Positions 22,616-34,959 of a stretch of 64,000 nucleotides of DNA are shown here, in pieces; the first letter of the stretch is position 1; every line of letters starts with the position of its first letter. Source of the stretch: Blastocladiella emersonii ATCC 22665 (Eukaryota > Fungi > Blastocladiomycota); the NCBI GenBank assembly GCA_025594325.1, contig JANHCV010000003.1:744001-808000 (forward strand), in the 5' to 3' direction. A program made the translations under genes and the position numbers. A model generated the notes under the pieces. It saw only the letters and a program-made list of their open reading frames with translations. It was not told the DNA's origin and did not search any database.

Positions 22616-23100
22616 TCATTGCTCGTTCGGGTTCTGGATCACGATCATGATGTAGTCCTTGTCTACACGGCGCACACGAGTGTGAGCGACCAGTGAGCGA
22701 CCAGTGAGGCGACGCGAGGGCGCAGCAGCGTACCTGGCGCGACCATGATTTCGTGCTTCTTGGACCGGATCCGCAGGAACGTGAGGTCGTTCTACACATT
22801 CACCCGCAGCATGAGTGACCCATCACCACCGCACACATCCAGCACGAGCCGCACCTGCGGGTCGAGATCGCGCACGACGGACCGCGCCTTGCTTGCGAGC
22901 TGGGTGATGAGCGCCGAGTACTGGACGGTGAGCGAGTTGTCGAGCGTCGACCGGATCGGGATGCCCTCGCTGTTGACAATGACGATGCCCTGCACGCCCT
23001 TGTGGGCCGACAGGCGCTTGAGCGTCTCCTCGACCTCGCTCTAGTCGCTCACGGGCGTCAGTGCGCGGTTCATGGGCCCGCACACACAAGCACCCACCAT
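22616..23100 (-). CDS. DYNLRB: Dynein light chain roadblock type (ATG-only first exon, 3 introns)
   Basis: M|[34 protein letters not shown]...RDLDPQ|[19 protein letters not shown]|[15 protein letters not shown]. Confidence 0.95.
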
Positions 23101-23398
23101 TTGGATATTGCGGAAAGATGATACGTTGCAGTCGGCGATGCGAGTGCTTCTTGAGCAGAAGAGAACGACGCGCGCGACGCGTCTCGCGAGGGGGCGGCGA
23201 CACGCGGCGCCACTCTGCCTCGCACGCTCAGGTGAGCTCATGTGCGCCGCCGCCCGCCGAGTTGATCGCCTCGCCTTGCCTCTTTGCGTTCTTCTTGCCC
23301 TCGGCGATCCCACGAATACTGCTACGCATCGACGCACTGGCCGCGCGCGACTCCCTGCATCGCATCTCGGCCCGCGGATCACATCTCCCCCCAAAAGA

Positions 23399-24304
23399 AT
23401 GCTGCCGTCCTCGACCTCGTGCCTCCGCGCGGCCGCCCGCCGCGCCGCCACGGCCACCCGCCGCGCCGCCACGGCCACCACGACGCAGCGGTCGCTGCTG
23501 CACACGTCCACCGTCTCGCTGGCGCGCCGCCCGCAGTCGTCGCAGAACGCACAGGCCGCGGGGCACCCGGAGATGGACGCGGTGCTCGAGCACATGTCGC
23601 TGAGCCCGCCCAAGACGTACCGCGAAGACGGCATCTCGGGGTACCAGGCGCGCATGGTGACCGAGGCGGTGCTGGTGCGCAGCTACATGGAGAAGGTGCA
23701 CTACGAGCTGCCCGAGCTCAAGGCCGCGCTGCAGCCCGCCGCCTACACCCCGCCGCCCAAGGCCGCGTACCTGCGGTTCCGCACCGTCGACCACCCGGCC
23801 GACCCGACGCACCCGATGGCCCGCAAGGTCACCCTCACCGTGTCCCTGTGCGAGCTCGTCCACGCTGAGCAGCTCACGCCCGCTGCCAAGCACACGCTGC
23901 TCCTCCTCGCCGGCCCGCGCTACAACCCCGTCGACGGCGTCATCACCATGGCCGAGGACCGGTTCCCGTACCGCGCCCAGAACAAGGCGTTCGCCGCCGA
24001 CACCTTTGCCGAGCTCCTGCGCCAGGCCAAGGCTAACGCCGACACGTACGCCGACGTCCCATTGGACCTCCGCCACGCCGCCAAGAAGGTCGCGGTGCGC
24101 GACCGGAAGCGGAAGCTGCAGTTCCCTAAGGAGTGGCTCCTCCAGGCCCAGGCCGCGCCAGAGGCTGCTGCCGCTGCCGAGGCCGTCGCTGTCCCCGCTG
24201 CGACCGAGGCTGCTGCTGCTCCCGCCGCCGCGACGGAGGCCGCTCCGGCTGCCGAGCCCGCTGCGCCCGCCGCGGCCCCTGCTGCCGCTCCCAAGAGCGA
24301 ATAA
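23399..24304 (+). CDS. RSM24: Mitochondrial small ribosomal subunit protein mS35/Rsm24
   Basis: Arg/Ala/Thr presequence; YLRFRT...HPMARKVTLTV...KHTLLLLAGPRYNP...ITMAEDRFPYRAQNK. Confidence 0.85.
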   Translation: MLPSSTSCLRAAARRAATATRRAATATTTQRSLLHTSTVSLARRPQSSQNAQAAGHPEMDAVLEHMSLSPPKTYREDGISGYQARMVTEAVLVRSYMEKVHYELPELKAALQPAAYTPPPKAAYLRFRTVDHPADPTHPMARKVTLTVSLCELVHAEQLTPAAKHTLLLLAGPRYNPVDGVITMAEDRFPYRAQNKAFAADTFAELLRQAKANADTYADVPLDLRHAAKKVAVRDRKRKLQFPKEWLLQAQAAPEAAAAAEAVAVPAATEAAAAPAAATEAAPAAEPAAPAAAPAAAPKSE

Positions 24305-24383
24305 GCTCGCCCACCCACCCCCTTTGTCATCTACACCCAACCCAACCCCGTCTGTCCATTGCCCACATTACACCTAGTTGTAT

Positions 24384-25715
24384 TCAGTTCGACGAAGACG
24401 ACGAGGACCCGCGCTTCTGTTTCTTGAGCCCTTCGAGCACCGCGACGAGCCGGTCAACGGCGTCCTCGGCGATCTGGTAGTGCACCACGAGCCGGGTCAC
24501 GGCCACGTTCCCGCCCGAAATGCGGATCGGCGCCCGCTTCCCGCCCTGCACCGCCGCCTCGGCCGCAACTGCCTTGGCCACGTCGTCGGCGGTCCACCCG
24601 AGCGGGCTCCAGTCGACAAACACCATGTTGGTCTCAACGGGCGCGTTGGTCACCTTGAGCCCGACCTTGACCAGCGCGTCAGCGAGCTCCCGCGCGATCA
24701 CGTGCGACTTGGCCAGCTCCCCGCCGTCCATCGCCGCCGTCAGCGCCACGTCCGCGGCGGCCGCCAGCACGCCGGCCTGCCGCCACCCGCCGCCGTACAT
24801 CTTGCGCAGGTGGCGCGCCCGCGCAACGAACGGCGCGTCGCCCACCAGCACGCTGCCGACGGGGGCGCCGACGCCCTTCGACAGGCACACGCTGACGCTG
24901 TGGCACGGCGCCGCGAGCGTTGCGAGTGGGGTCCCGGTCGCGACCGCCGCGTTCCACAGCCGCGCGCCGTCCATGTGCAGCGGCACGCCGAGCTCGCTTG
25001 CGGCGTCGCCGATCGCTTGGACGTGCGCGAGAGGCAAGACCGCGCCGTTCATCGTGTTCTCGACGCACACGAGCCGCGTCGGCGCGCCGTGCGGGTCGCC
25101 GTCCCCCAAAATCGCGTGCGCGCGCACGTCGTCGGCCGTCAGGTGGTTCGCCCCCCGCTCGCCGCGCAGGTACGCGCCCTCGACGTCAACCGCGACCACG
25201 GCCGCGCCCGTGTGCGCGGCGATCCCGCCCGCCTCCCACCGGTGCACGTGCGCGCGGCCGTCGACGAGCACCGAGTGCGGCGCGCCGCCGCCGAACGCGA
25301 GGTGGGTGCGGATCGCCAGCTGGTTCGCTAGCGTGCCCGTCGTGCAGAATAGGCCGGCGGGTTTGCCGAGGAGGGAGGCCACGCGGGACTCGAGCGCGTT
25401 GACGGATGGGTCCTCCTACGGCGGGTACGGGAGTGAGGATCGGGCCCGATGGGACGTGAGGGAGCGGCGTACCACAAACACGTCGTCGCCAACAGGCGCC
25501 GCCGCCATGGCCGCGAACATGGCGGGCGTTGGGACCGTCACCGTGTCGCTGCGAAAGTCGTACGCGACGGCCGCGGGGCCCGAGAACTGCGGCGCCACGG
25601 GCTGCGGGGCCGCGGGGCCGGGGCGGATGTAGGACATGGTGCGGCGCGTCGTTGGTGTGGTGGTTGCGCGGCGGAGCAGCGGCAGGAGAAGCGATGGGCC
25701 CGTAGCGGCGCTCAT
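24384..25715 (-). CDS. GLY1: Low-specificity L-threonine aldolase (intron 25416..25472; second in-frame ATG at 25637)
   Basis: DFRSDTVT, VGDDVF|EDP, GTLANQLAI, CVENT, LHMDGARLWNA, VCLSKGVGAPVGS, RKMYGGGWRQAG. Confidence 0.95.
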
Positions 25716-25884
25716 TTGTATTGCATGGGTCTACGAGGGGGACGCGAGGGTTACGGGTGCGGGAGAGGGAGGAGGGCCGGCGCCACGTCAGAGTCCCGCG
25801 CGTTTGGTGGTGGGCGCGAGATGCGCCCTTCGCCACACTCGCAGGCCGCCCTCGCTCTCTATCCCCCTAACCACTCAGCTTGCA

Positions 25885-27129
25885 ATGAAATCGTCTCGAT
25901 CCAGGCCGCTCCTCCTCGCGCTGCTCGCGGCCCTCGCCCTCGCCGCCCTGGTGCACCTCCCGACGCCCGTGTCGGCACAGCGCGGCGGGTCTCCGCCGAC
26001 GGACCCGCTGGCGCAAGCCGCCATCTGCGGGCGGTACCCGCCGCGGCACCGCGACCTGTGCGTGGCCTCGTCGCAGGCGCACCTGGCCCACGACGGCGGC
26101 CGCGCGGGCGACGCCGAGCGCACGCTCCCGCCCTCGGCGCGCGACAAGATCCTCGCCTACCTCGGCAAGGCCAAGACCGTCGCCGACGGGAACAAGCGCG
26201 TCAGCAAGGTTGCGCAGCGGCTCGCGCGCGCTGTCAACGAGGCCCGCCGGGAGGATGGCGAGGGGAAGCAGAGCGACCACCTCACGGCTACCGCGCTCGC
26301 GGTGCACCGGCTACTCGGCGCGGCCCGGTTCAGCCCTGTCCTCCTGTTTGGCGACGCGGTCGGCGCGAATGCCGCCGAGGTCCTCGAGGATCTCGCCCGC
26401 GGAGATACCCGGCGCGCGGGGCGGCTCGATACCGACGCGTTCGCGGCGCACGCCATCGTGCGCACCGTCGCGGGCGTGTTCTCGTGCTACGACGCCGAGG
26501 AGACGGCGCGCGAGCAGAGCAAGGACAAGACGGAGGTGGATACCAAGACCACGGCATGCGATATCGAGACGGCGCTGCGCATGCACCAACTCGTCGACGT
26601 GTTCGCGGCGTGGCTCGACAAGGTGCGCCCGAGCTCGCCCGCCGCCGCGCAGCTCGAGGTCGCCGAGGTCCCGACCCTCACCGAGTTCCTCTCGTCGCTG
26701 CCCGACCACGGCGACCAGCGCACCACTGCGCGCGCTATGGTCCTCGATCTCGTCGTCTCGGCCCTTTCGAGCAGTCTCGCGCCCTCCTCCGACTCGGCGT
26801 CCAGAAACGACGGCGCCGAGGCCAAGCAGAAGAAGGCCGTCGCCGCCGCTGCGCTGTTTGACGTGTACTTCCTCCCCGCCTACTTCATCTCGTCGCGCCG
26901 GCCGACCCCGCCGTCGCCGCGCGAGGCGCGCGAGGCCGCGTGGCGCGCGCACGCCCGCATCGAGACCCTCGGCAACGCGGTGCGCACCACGCGCCGCGAG
27001 TCCAAGTTCTGGTTCTCCATGTGCAAGTCCGGCATCGACTGGATCCTCGCGCCCATTGCGCAGATGATGCTCAAGGGCAGCCTTGAGGTGCCGCTCGAGG
27101 ACGCGCCGTGGGAGCGGGATGAGTTGTGA
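25885..27129 (+). CDS. Signal-peptide protein ending in RDEL (probable ER-luminal, unknown function; 414 aa)
   Basis: MKSSRSRPLLLALLAALALAALVHLPTPVSA N-terminus; C-terminus ...PWERDEL*. Confidence 0.8.
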   Translation: MKSSRSRPLLLALLAALALAALVHLPTPVSAQRGGSPPTDPLAQAAICGRYPPRHRDLCVASSQAHLAHDGGRAGDAERTLPPSARDKILAYLGKAKTVADGNKRVSKVAQRLARAVNEARREDGEGKQSDHLTATALAVHRLLGAARFSPVLLFGDAVGANAAEVLEDLARGDTRRAGRLDTDAFAAHAIVRTVAGVFSCYDAEETAREQSKDKTEVDTKTTACDIETALRMHQLVDVFAAWLDKVRPSSPAAAQLEVAEVPTLTEFLSSLPDHGDQRTTARAMVLDLVVSALSSSLAPSSDSASRNDGAEAKQKKAVAAAALFDVYFLPAYFISSRRPTPPSPREAREAAWRAHARIETLGNAVRTTRRESKFWFSMCKSGIDWILAPIAQMMLKGSLEVPLEDAPWERDEL

Positions 27130-27173
27130 TCGGAATGGTAGGTCAATGTATATGATACAACAGGCGGATCGGT

Positions 27174-27407
27174 TCATGAGGACGACTTGGTGGTCTCGTC
27201 GGCGGCGGGATGCGTCCGCTGCCAGCACGCGCGGAACGCCTTCATCTCGCCCATGCACGCGCGCCAGTCTTTCTTCTCAAAGTGGCAGTCCTGCAGCGCC
27301 TCGTGCTCGCGCTGGCACCCGGACCGCCGGATCCGCGCGTCGTACGGGTCCTCGTCGTCGTCGGCGGCAGCCGTGTTGGCTTGCGTGGAGGAATGGGCGG
27401 GTTGCAT
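27174..27407 (-). CDS. COA4: Twin CX9C protein, cytochrome c oxidase assembly factor 4
   Basis: EDPYDARIRRSGC-x9-C...KDWRAC-x9-CW. Confidence 0.85.
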   Translation of the reverse strand: MQPAHSSTQANTAAADDDEDPYDARIRRSGCQREHEALQDCHFEKKDWRACMGEMKAFRACWQRTHPAADETTKSSS

Positions 27408-28048
27408 GGTGTTACGTTGAGACTTGGTGCGGTTTGATGTGTTGGGAAGAGGGAGAGCAGCGGCGAGGTGCAGAAGGTCAACTTTCGCGAAGACGCGACC
27501 GCGGCGAGAGCATCACGTTTTGGTGGCGCAGAGCAGCTCGAGGTGAACGGCGCGACTCTCCCTCCCTTCCGCTCCTTCCTAAGCGTACAAAATGGAATCT
27601 GATGCAAATTCACTCGATGCAATGAAGTTATGAGTGCCTTAAAGACTAGCTGCGACCGAGGTTTGACTGAGAATCGACGCGTGCGCGCCGCCGAGGTCGG
27701 TTGAGATTTGAGGGGTGGAGCGACTCATGGCTTGCGTTATGTGTGTTGACCTTTCCGCGCGGAAACTCCTCCTCTCTTGCGGTTGCCCTTGGTACCTAAG
27801 GGGTCCCGTCATCCTCACCGCTGCGCGGGACGGAGTGTCTGTTCGCCTCAATCGGCGGCTTTCATGGCTCCGAGGAGTGTATCCGGCGGGAAAGCTATCT
27901 CATCGCAAACGCGACAGGGCCATGCCATTGACTGGCGTGCTGGGCTGATAGCGCTCGTGTTCCTTGCTCTCTTAGCGCGCGAGGCACTGCAGCAACGGCG
28001 TCAATGATTCAGGGCAGCACTTGTCACACAAAATGGGGTCCTATTGTA

Positions 28049-28636
28049 TCAGATTGGAGACGTGACTTTGTTCATTAGCGACATAATATCGTCTCTAGCC
28101 GAGTCAACGATTTGCCACCATCCGAGTAAAACGACGTCGATCCGAGCCAAGTCGGCGCTGAACGCCATCTGTTGCTCAAAGCTCGCACCATCACGCGGCA
28201 TTTGCAAGTGCGCGTCGGCGTAATCCAGCTGTGTGGCCACCTCCTTGAGCCGCGCGTGCACACTTGAGACACGCTGCACGATGCTGTCCAATTCTCGCAC
28301 GAGCTCCGCGTGGTTGTATGATCCTCGTCGACCATATGCGATGCATAAGTTGGCCTGGTCGATCAACCTCATGCAACTGCGTACATTTTCCAGCCTACGC
28401 TCGACTGATAGATGGAGCGTTTCCACGACGTAGCAGAGCCCATGCCACGTTTCCAGCGCTTGAGCTGTGATCGGCAAGGTGTTGCGGAGCCTGTCAAAGA
28501 CGGATGCAAGTTCGTTACATTCCGGTTCCACGGCCTCGCTGCCCCGCAATGTCGCCGCGTATAGTATATTGGTGGTGGTGGTGGTTGCATAGCCCGGTCT
28601 TTGTTGGCCTGTACGGAGCAAAGTTGTTCCATGCAT
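28049..28636 (-). CDS. Orphan helical/coiled-coil protein (~195 aa), low GC
   Basis: Open frame in an AT-richer island; ungapped C-terminal similarity to 7076..7636. Start codon uncertain. Confidence 0.5.
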   Translation of the reverse strand: MHGTTLLRTGQQRPGYATTTTTNILYAATLRGSEAVEPECNELASVFDRLRNTLPITAQALETWHGLCYVVETLHLSVERRLENVRSCMRLIDQANLCIAYGRRGSYNHAELVRELDSIVQRVSSVHARLKEVATQLDYADAHLQMPRDGASFEQQMAFSADLARIDVVLLGWWQIVDSARDDIMSLMNKVTSPI

Positions 28637-28884
28637 GTGTGTTGTTCACGTCTGTCCAGGTGACTGACCTGCATGCAACGCGTCTAAACTCATTTTTATG
28701 CGTACATGGAGACTGAGGTCCGCACCGTGGCCAGCGATCGTGACCATGGCTGCGACCATGGCCAGCAGTCAACCCGGACGAACCGAAACTGAACAGGACG
28801 AACGACATAGGACAAAACCATGAGAAAATTCATTCAAGAACAACGCAAGTTCAACAACACAAAAGCGGGTTGAATGCAACACTG

Positions 28885-31800
28885 CTAGAGCGAGAGCTGA
28901 GCGGACCACGGAAAGAATGGCAGCAGAAGCATCTCGCGAAGATACGGGTGCAGAGCCGCGTAAGCTTCAGGCGCGAAACGACTGTCCGTTTCGGGGACTT
29001 CCTTGGACTGGAGCCCCTGGATGGCGGCTTCCAAGACCATGACGAAGGCTGCGCGGTTGTCCACCATAATGAGCCCGCCCATATTCTGATCTTCGCCCAC
29101 CGTGTACATGTCGTAGATGATCCGTTCAAAAATCTTGCAAACTTGCGGATCAAACTTCTTGCCTTTCAGGACGCGCTCGTCGTAGGCAAGGAAGCAGTCC
29201 AGGGCGGGCGTTGCGGCCCTGCCTGGACCAATGGGCGGGACGCGAAGAAAGGAATTGGGAATGATGACCGCGGCAGGCACGCCTTCCTCCTGGCAGTGGA
29301 TGGTGGCGATCCGAACCCTCGGAACAAAGTCAAAGATGTTGCGAAACGCGCTCATGATGATATCGTCGGCGGTGCGTGGCGTCAAAAAATTCCATGGGGG
29401 TCTCAGCGCCGAAACACGCCAAAGGGCAAGGCGCATGCTGGTCGAGGAGACGGGATCCTCGATGCAGCGCCCGACGTGCGCAGCGGGACGCACGAGACCA
29501 CACTTGGCGTGAGCAGCGACAAGGATGCGCTCGAGAATCATGATCACGCGTTTCTGCCGCCGAGAAGTCTGCACCTTGATCACGCGCACATTCGCCGGTA
29601 AACGCATGGTTTGGGCGACGCCGTTGACAAAGAGAGTCACAGCGCCGCGATCAAGGTGTTCGCCCTTGGTCCCGCGAACGGCAAGCACGGCCGACTCCTT
29701 GCCTGGCGCGAGCTGAAGCTCAAGCTCAATGCGGTCAGCCAGCTCGGAAGCGCGTGTCACTGGAAGTGGCCAGTCACCAACAATGTCCGCTACTGAAGCA
29801 CGCAAAAGCATGATGCCGCGGGTCGCCGAGGTAAAGATATCGTTGGGAACACGCGTTACCGTCGCGGACGAAAATGGGACAAGTTCGCCATTGCCGCTAA
29901 TGAGTTCGCGGACGACCTTGGGAGTAGAAGAATCGCCGCTCGTGTGCCAGTCAAAGTGTTCTCGATAAACGCCAATCATAGAGCCTTGAGAGCGCATGAG
30001 CACGGTATAGCCGAGCGGGAGGTACAGCGCAACCCGTCGCTGCTGCAGATCGCTGGGGACGGGCTCAACGACGAGACTGCTGTGCCGGACAATGGACTGA
30101 CCAGTCACGATGTCCATGGCCAGGTGCGACGGCGGTGGAACCGCGCCGCCCCTATCGTCACTCAAGCGAATCGTCAGCTTGACGCGACAAGTGGGTTCCT
30201 GCGGTCCAGAATGGTTGAGGTGTGCGTGAAAGCCGCTGATAAGGCCGTAGTCGTGTGATGATCCCACGAACGGGTTGAAGCTCCCCATTGCTGGCCACAC
30301 GAGCGAGTCGAGCGGTGTCGAGCCCGACCAGACGAGCCGGCCTGACGCGAAGGCGTTCGCAAGAACCTTTGGCAGAAGCGCGTCCGAAATCAATGAATGC
30401 GCTAGTTGGAAGTGGGGAATAGTTGCACAAGAGTGAGAAATATGTGGGCGCGACAATGGACAAGGTCAGGACCGTACCTGCGAAGAGAGCGGGTTTGTTG
30501 GCGGCGCCGAGCCGAGAAAGGGCCTCGCGAAGAAAATCCGATTCTTCGAGCGCGATAGGTACAGTTGACGCGGGAAGCCGGTAGAAAGAAAAGTATTGAT
30601 AGCGCTGGGTCTCGATTTGGTCGAGGCTCCAAGCAAAGTGCTGCAAAACGTTGGTCCAATGGTCTCCGCTCGGCCGCTCAAGGAGGCCAAGCCCAAGCAG
30701 CGTTGGAAACGATTCGAGCGGAAGCTTGGTGACGGCGGCAAGGTACTCGTCGCGCGAGTCGGCGATCGAGCTCATTTTCGTAGTGTACGTGAGCAGCAGC
30801 GACTGTTGATCTGGATAGGTCCCTGGCTTGAGGAGAGCAGAGCCGTGGACAAGGACGCTGAGGAGACCGACCGAGTCCTGCAAGTTGGCCGTGTCAACCA
30901 CGTTGAAGCGCCTGGCCGGGTCCGCTGCAAGCTCCTCCATGAATGTGACGGCGTGGCCGACAGCGAACGAGATCGTGTTGGTCGGATCGGCGTCAGGTCC
31001 GAACGCGGAGTCAAACACGGAAAGGAACCCGCAGACCTCGGCAAGCATATCGGTTTGAAGCGAGTCTTTGTCGATGTAGGTATCGGCCGACTCGAATGGA
31101 AAAAGCTCGGGGTCGACGGCGTAGTAAGCAGAGCCATTGGAGCGTAAAAGCAGCATGGTCGGGTTCACAACGGGACTTGCCTGTGGCACAGGGTCGAGAA
31201 AATAAGCGTTGCTCGTGACATGACGTTCGGCTTCGCAGGCCACGCGCGCCGCGCGGGAGAGGGTCAGATGATATCCAAGTCGCATTTTCATACGCTCCAG
31301 GTAACCCTTCACGCCAGTGATCGGGTCCGCATCAGGATGCAAAGGCGTGAAGCTCGCGCGCTCCTCGAACAACGTCTCGACGGACCAGTCGACGTTGAGC
31401 CACGACTGCCAGCAGTGGCGGATCGCGCGTTGCGTCTCGATGTTGAGAACGCGCAAAGTCGCGGACGGGTTAACCCAGTTCTTGACGAGACATTTGCGCA
31501 TCTGGCCCTCCCAGAACGTGCGCACGTCCGGGTCGAGCACGAGCGAGTACCAAAGCTGGGCAACCCGAGTCGCGAGAGGCTCGTCCTCGTGCTCATCCGG
31601 ATCGTAAAACTCGGAGACAGCGTGAAGAATCAACAGGTTGCGCGCAAGGACCTCGGGACGGATATCGTTGAGCAAAAAGCGGACCGGAGTAGAAGCGTCG
31701 TTGGCGAGCAAATCGCTCATGGTATGCTCAACGTCGCGAAGATCGCTGCAACCGCAAAGCAAGACGTCAAGCTCGCCGTCGCCCTCGCCGGGCTTGGGCG

Positions 31801-32020
31801 ACGCGTCATGATAAAGCAAGAGGTTACGTGGCAGTACGCTGCGGTACGGGCGGTAGGTGTCGGCCCGCTCGTCGCAAAAACGCGCCAGGCAGCTGAGCGG
31901 CGGCCGCACCTTGCCGACGTGCTCGGGTGGCATCGACGGCACGGTGCGAGCGGCCGCCGGCGGTGCAGCCTTGGCGTTGCCGCGAGTTACATTAGCTTTT
32001 CCTTTCTTCTTTGCCTTCAT
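28885..32020 (-). CDS. DUF4470-like large protein (~1019 aa; intron 30402..30477)
   Basis: LDVLLCGCSDLRDV...VRFLLNDIRPEVLARNLLIL matches the DUF4470 pattern. A GTACGG...CTAG intron joins the 620-aa and 523-aa track ORFs in frame. Confidence 0.75.
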
Positions 32021-32213
32021 GGTAGTGGTTTGCGAGAGAGCGGGACGGGAGCGCTGCGCGCGCCCGAAAAAGGTTTCGCTGCCGATCGGCGGTCAGGCGC
32101 TCCTGCCTGCCACTCGCGTCAAGCTGTCTCGCGCCTCCTCGCCAGTTCCGGGGCCGCTCCACGTGGCGATTTGATACGATGCACCGCGCAGGTCACGATC
32201 GTCAATGGTAAAA

Positions 32214-33065
32214 CTACTCGATGACAGCATTATCCTCCGTCGCGGTCTCGCCCGCGTCGCCGCTCGAGTCCCCGTTGCCCAGCAGGCCGCGCGTCTGCCA
32301 AAACCCCTTGCCGTACGAGACACAGATCTCCTCGCCCTTCTTGATCCCGCTGCCGCTCTTGCGCACGAAGACGCCCATGCGCAGCGTGCCCGCGGTGTCA
32401 CGGTAGTCGCGGAACTCGGCGTTAGGGCCCAGCGAGTTGCTCTTGGCCTTGGCGGCGGGCGACGATGGCGCCGCGCGCTCGGGGATCCCGCGGTAGTCGT
32501 TGATGAACCGCGCCTCGTTGCCGGCCTTGTCCGCGTCGATGCACAGCTCCGAGTCGAGCGTGAGGATGTAGTCGCTCGTCGGCGAGAAGGACGAGTTTGG
32601 GTACACGATGCCAATGTAGTTCAAGATGTGCTGCCCGGGCGCGAGCTTCTTGGCCGCGAACAGGCCGCGGTGCGGGAACGCGGGGTGGTTCGGATCTACC
32701 CACGCAGGGTAGTTGGCTGTGGTGAGCAAAGGTGCGTCGAATGTCGTTCACGGACAACAAAGTGCACCGTCGATGAAGCGGATTGAGACGTCAGGGCTGA
32801 TGCTCGGGGACTTGGCCGAAGTAGCCGTGGACCCGGCTGTCCGCCACGACGAGCTGCTGGGCGCAACTCGCTTCCGCTGGTCGGCCGTCACGGCGCCGTC
32901 ATACTCGTAGTCTCCGAGATAGCGGACGCCCACTGGCCACACAGGTCCACGGTTTGCTGGTGGTGAAGCGGCGGCGGTACGAGGTGCAGCAGCTCGGCCG
33001 CCACTGACAGTTTGAGCACCTTTCGATGCCGCCGTTTGCGCCGCAGACTTCTTGTGCTTGGCCAT
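32214..33065 (-). CDS. Small SET-domain protein (intron 32696..32767)
   Basis: HPAFPHRGLFAAKKLAPG, IDADKAGNEARFINDYRG, IKKGEEICVSYGKGFW. Confidence 0.9.
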
Positions 33066-33182
33066 GGCATTCAACGTTGCATCAAGTGAGAGAGCGTTGC
33101 TGCATCAAGTGACCCATCATGGACGCGCTCCGACCCGCACGGCAGAGCCATCTCCAACCCACACGGCAGAACCCCCTCATAC

Positions 33183-33214
<32 letters not shown>

Positions 33215-34959
33215 AGCTTCAACGCAACCGACCCCCTCAAGCAGGGCCAGAGTAAAGGGGTACGAGTCGATGTGTACTGGAAGGTCTCCCCGAAGCGGAG
33301 TGTGCCCTCTCACCAACCAAGCTCGCACAGCCGAGTCTCGAGTGCAAGCTTGCTGTGCGACTTGCGCGCAAGGCCGTTGTCAATGTTACGTGTGGAGAGG
33401 AAAGACCGTTTCATTCCGTAGAGCACAAGTTTTTCGTCTTCAGCCAACTGCGGTGAGCCGCGAACACGGCCACGGCCGGCAAACCGGAGCGGTGCGGTGA
33501 AAGCCGATTTGTTTGATCGGCGCGTGACTGTGGCTGTGGCGCAACGCGTCCATGGTGGGAATTTTCGCCGCCGAAGTCGGGCCGCCGCGTGCTTGTTACA
33601 GAGCGCTCTCACGCGTTCGAGGGGGACAATCTCGTCAGTGGGCGACATCATGCAACCTCAGCGATGAGATCTCGATTTCGAGCTCGCCTCGCCTCTCTCT
33701 CTCTCGCAACAACGCTCCTAACAACGCTCCGTGTTCGCAGCGAGGTTGAGGCCATTTCGCATCCTCGCGGGGGAGCGCGAGCGGGTAAACTGATTTCTGC
33801 CCGAGCACGGACAAGCTCTTTGAACGGCGGTCCGCCTTCAGGAGGAAGTCGGGGCGAGAGAGGAGTAGCTCGCTCGACGGGTGCGGTGCTGGTCGACGTT
33901 CGCGCCGAGAGCGCGTGCGGATCCCAACAGGATCTTTCTCTGCGAGGATGGCGACGTTCAGCGGTCTCAGGAGTGACATGCACGCGCACATGAAGCAGCA
34001 AGTAGAGAATGTAGCAAGCAGTCGGCTACGAGTCCCGCTCGAACCACTCCAGCCGTACTTGGGCCGAGAAGCGTGTCCGTCGAGAGTCATGAAAGCCGGT
34101 GTCTGAGAGAGTGAGTGAGGATGGGCGAGCTCAAGAGCTCAAGGGCTGACGAACGAGGACGTCCAGTCCCGGGTCAGGTCCCACCGCGCATCGTTCGACC
34201 CGCTCGGTTTCTCCGGTTCTTGCGTTGATTGCGTTACATTGCGGGGAGTCGAAACCTGTCAACGGCGCTCTGGCATTGCCTTCGCCGCGGTGGAAGCAGT
34301 GTTGTCCCGAACGCCGGTCACGACGGATCCCACCGCCTGTCTCGCACCCGCGCTTGCGTGACGGCGGCGTCGACCACGTTGGTCTCCGCACCGGACGCTT
34401 CCGCTCGTTTGGCGGTTTGCCGCGCTGCTTCCACTGGCGGTGCGGAGCGATGCTCGGTCGCCGCTCTCCAACTGTGCTCCCACTCGTCCCGCTCCTTACT
34501 CTCGCCGCATCGTCCACGCGCGCGGCCAACTGCACAGCCGAGTGCCCGCAGTTGAGGTCAGACCGCGCTTGGTCCGATCGAGTCCTTTGCGCTGCTGAGT
34601 TCATCGTTGTCAGCGGGCAGCGAAACGCCACAACTGACCAGTTTTTTGCGGGCCGCTCGCGGACTGCGCCACCTGGCAGTGACACACTAGCCGCGGCCAT
34701 GAGACCGTCCGCTTCCTTCAGCCGTGGGCCGTCGTCGCTGAGTGGTCGAGGAACTCATAACCGAGCCCTCGCCATAATTGTTACATGCACGCTCGATCCG
34801 CCCCTGGACCGACGCAACAGTTGCGCACCTTTTCCCTTAGAGTACCTCGCCTACAAAGCTGGGCGGCTCCCCCCGTCCACCCTCTCTCTCGCTCCTCAAT
34901 CCAGCTCGGAACAGACATCGCATCCTCTTCATCGCCATTGCATCCCCACAGCATTCAAC

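Noticed and set aside
28885-30456. Separate 523-aa gene overlapping the 620-aa ORF, or a programmed frameshift
   Set aside because: A canonical 76-nt intron (30402..30477) joins the two in frame.
33119-33421. Small membrane or secreted protein with poly-Leu
   Set aside because: The Leu run is just a (GCT)n microsatellite; no other coding support.
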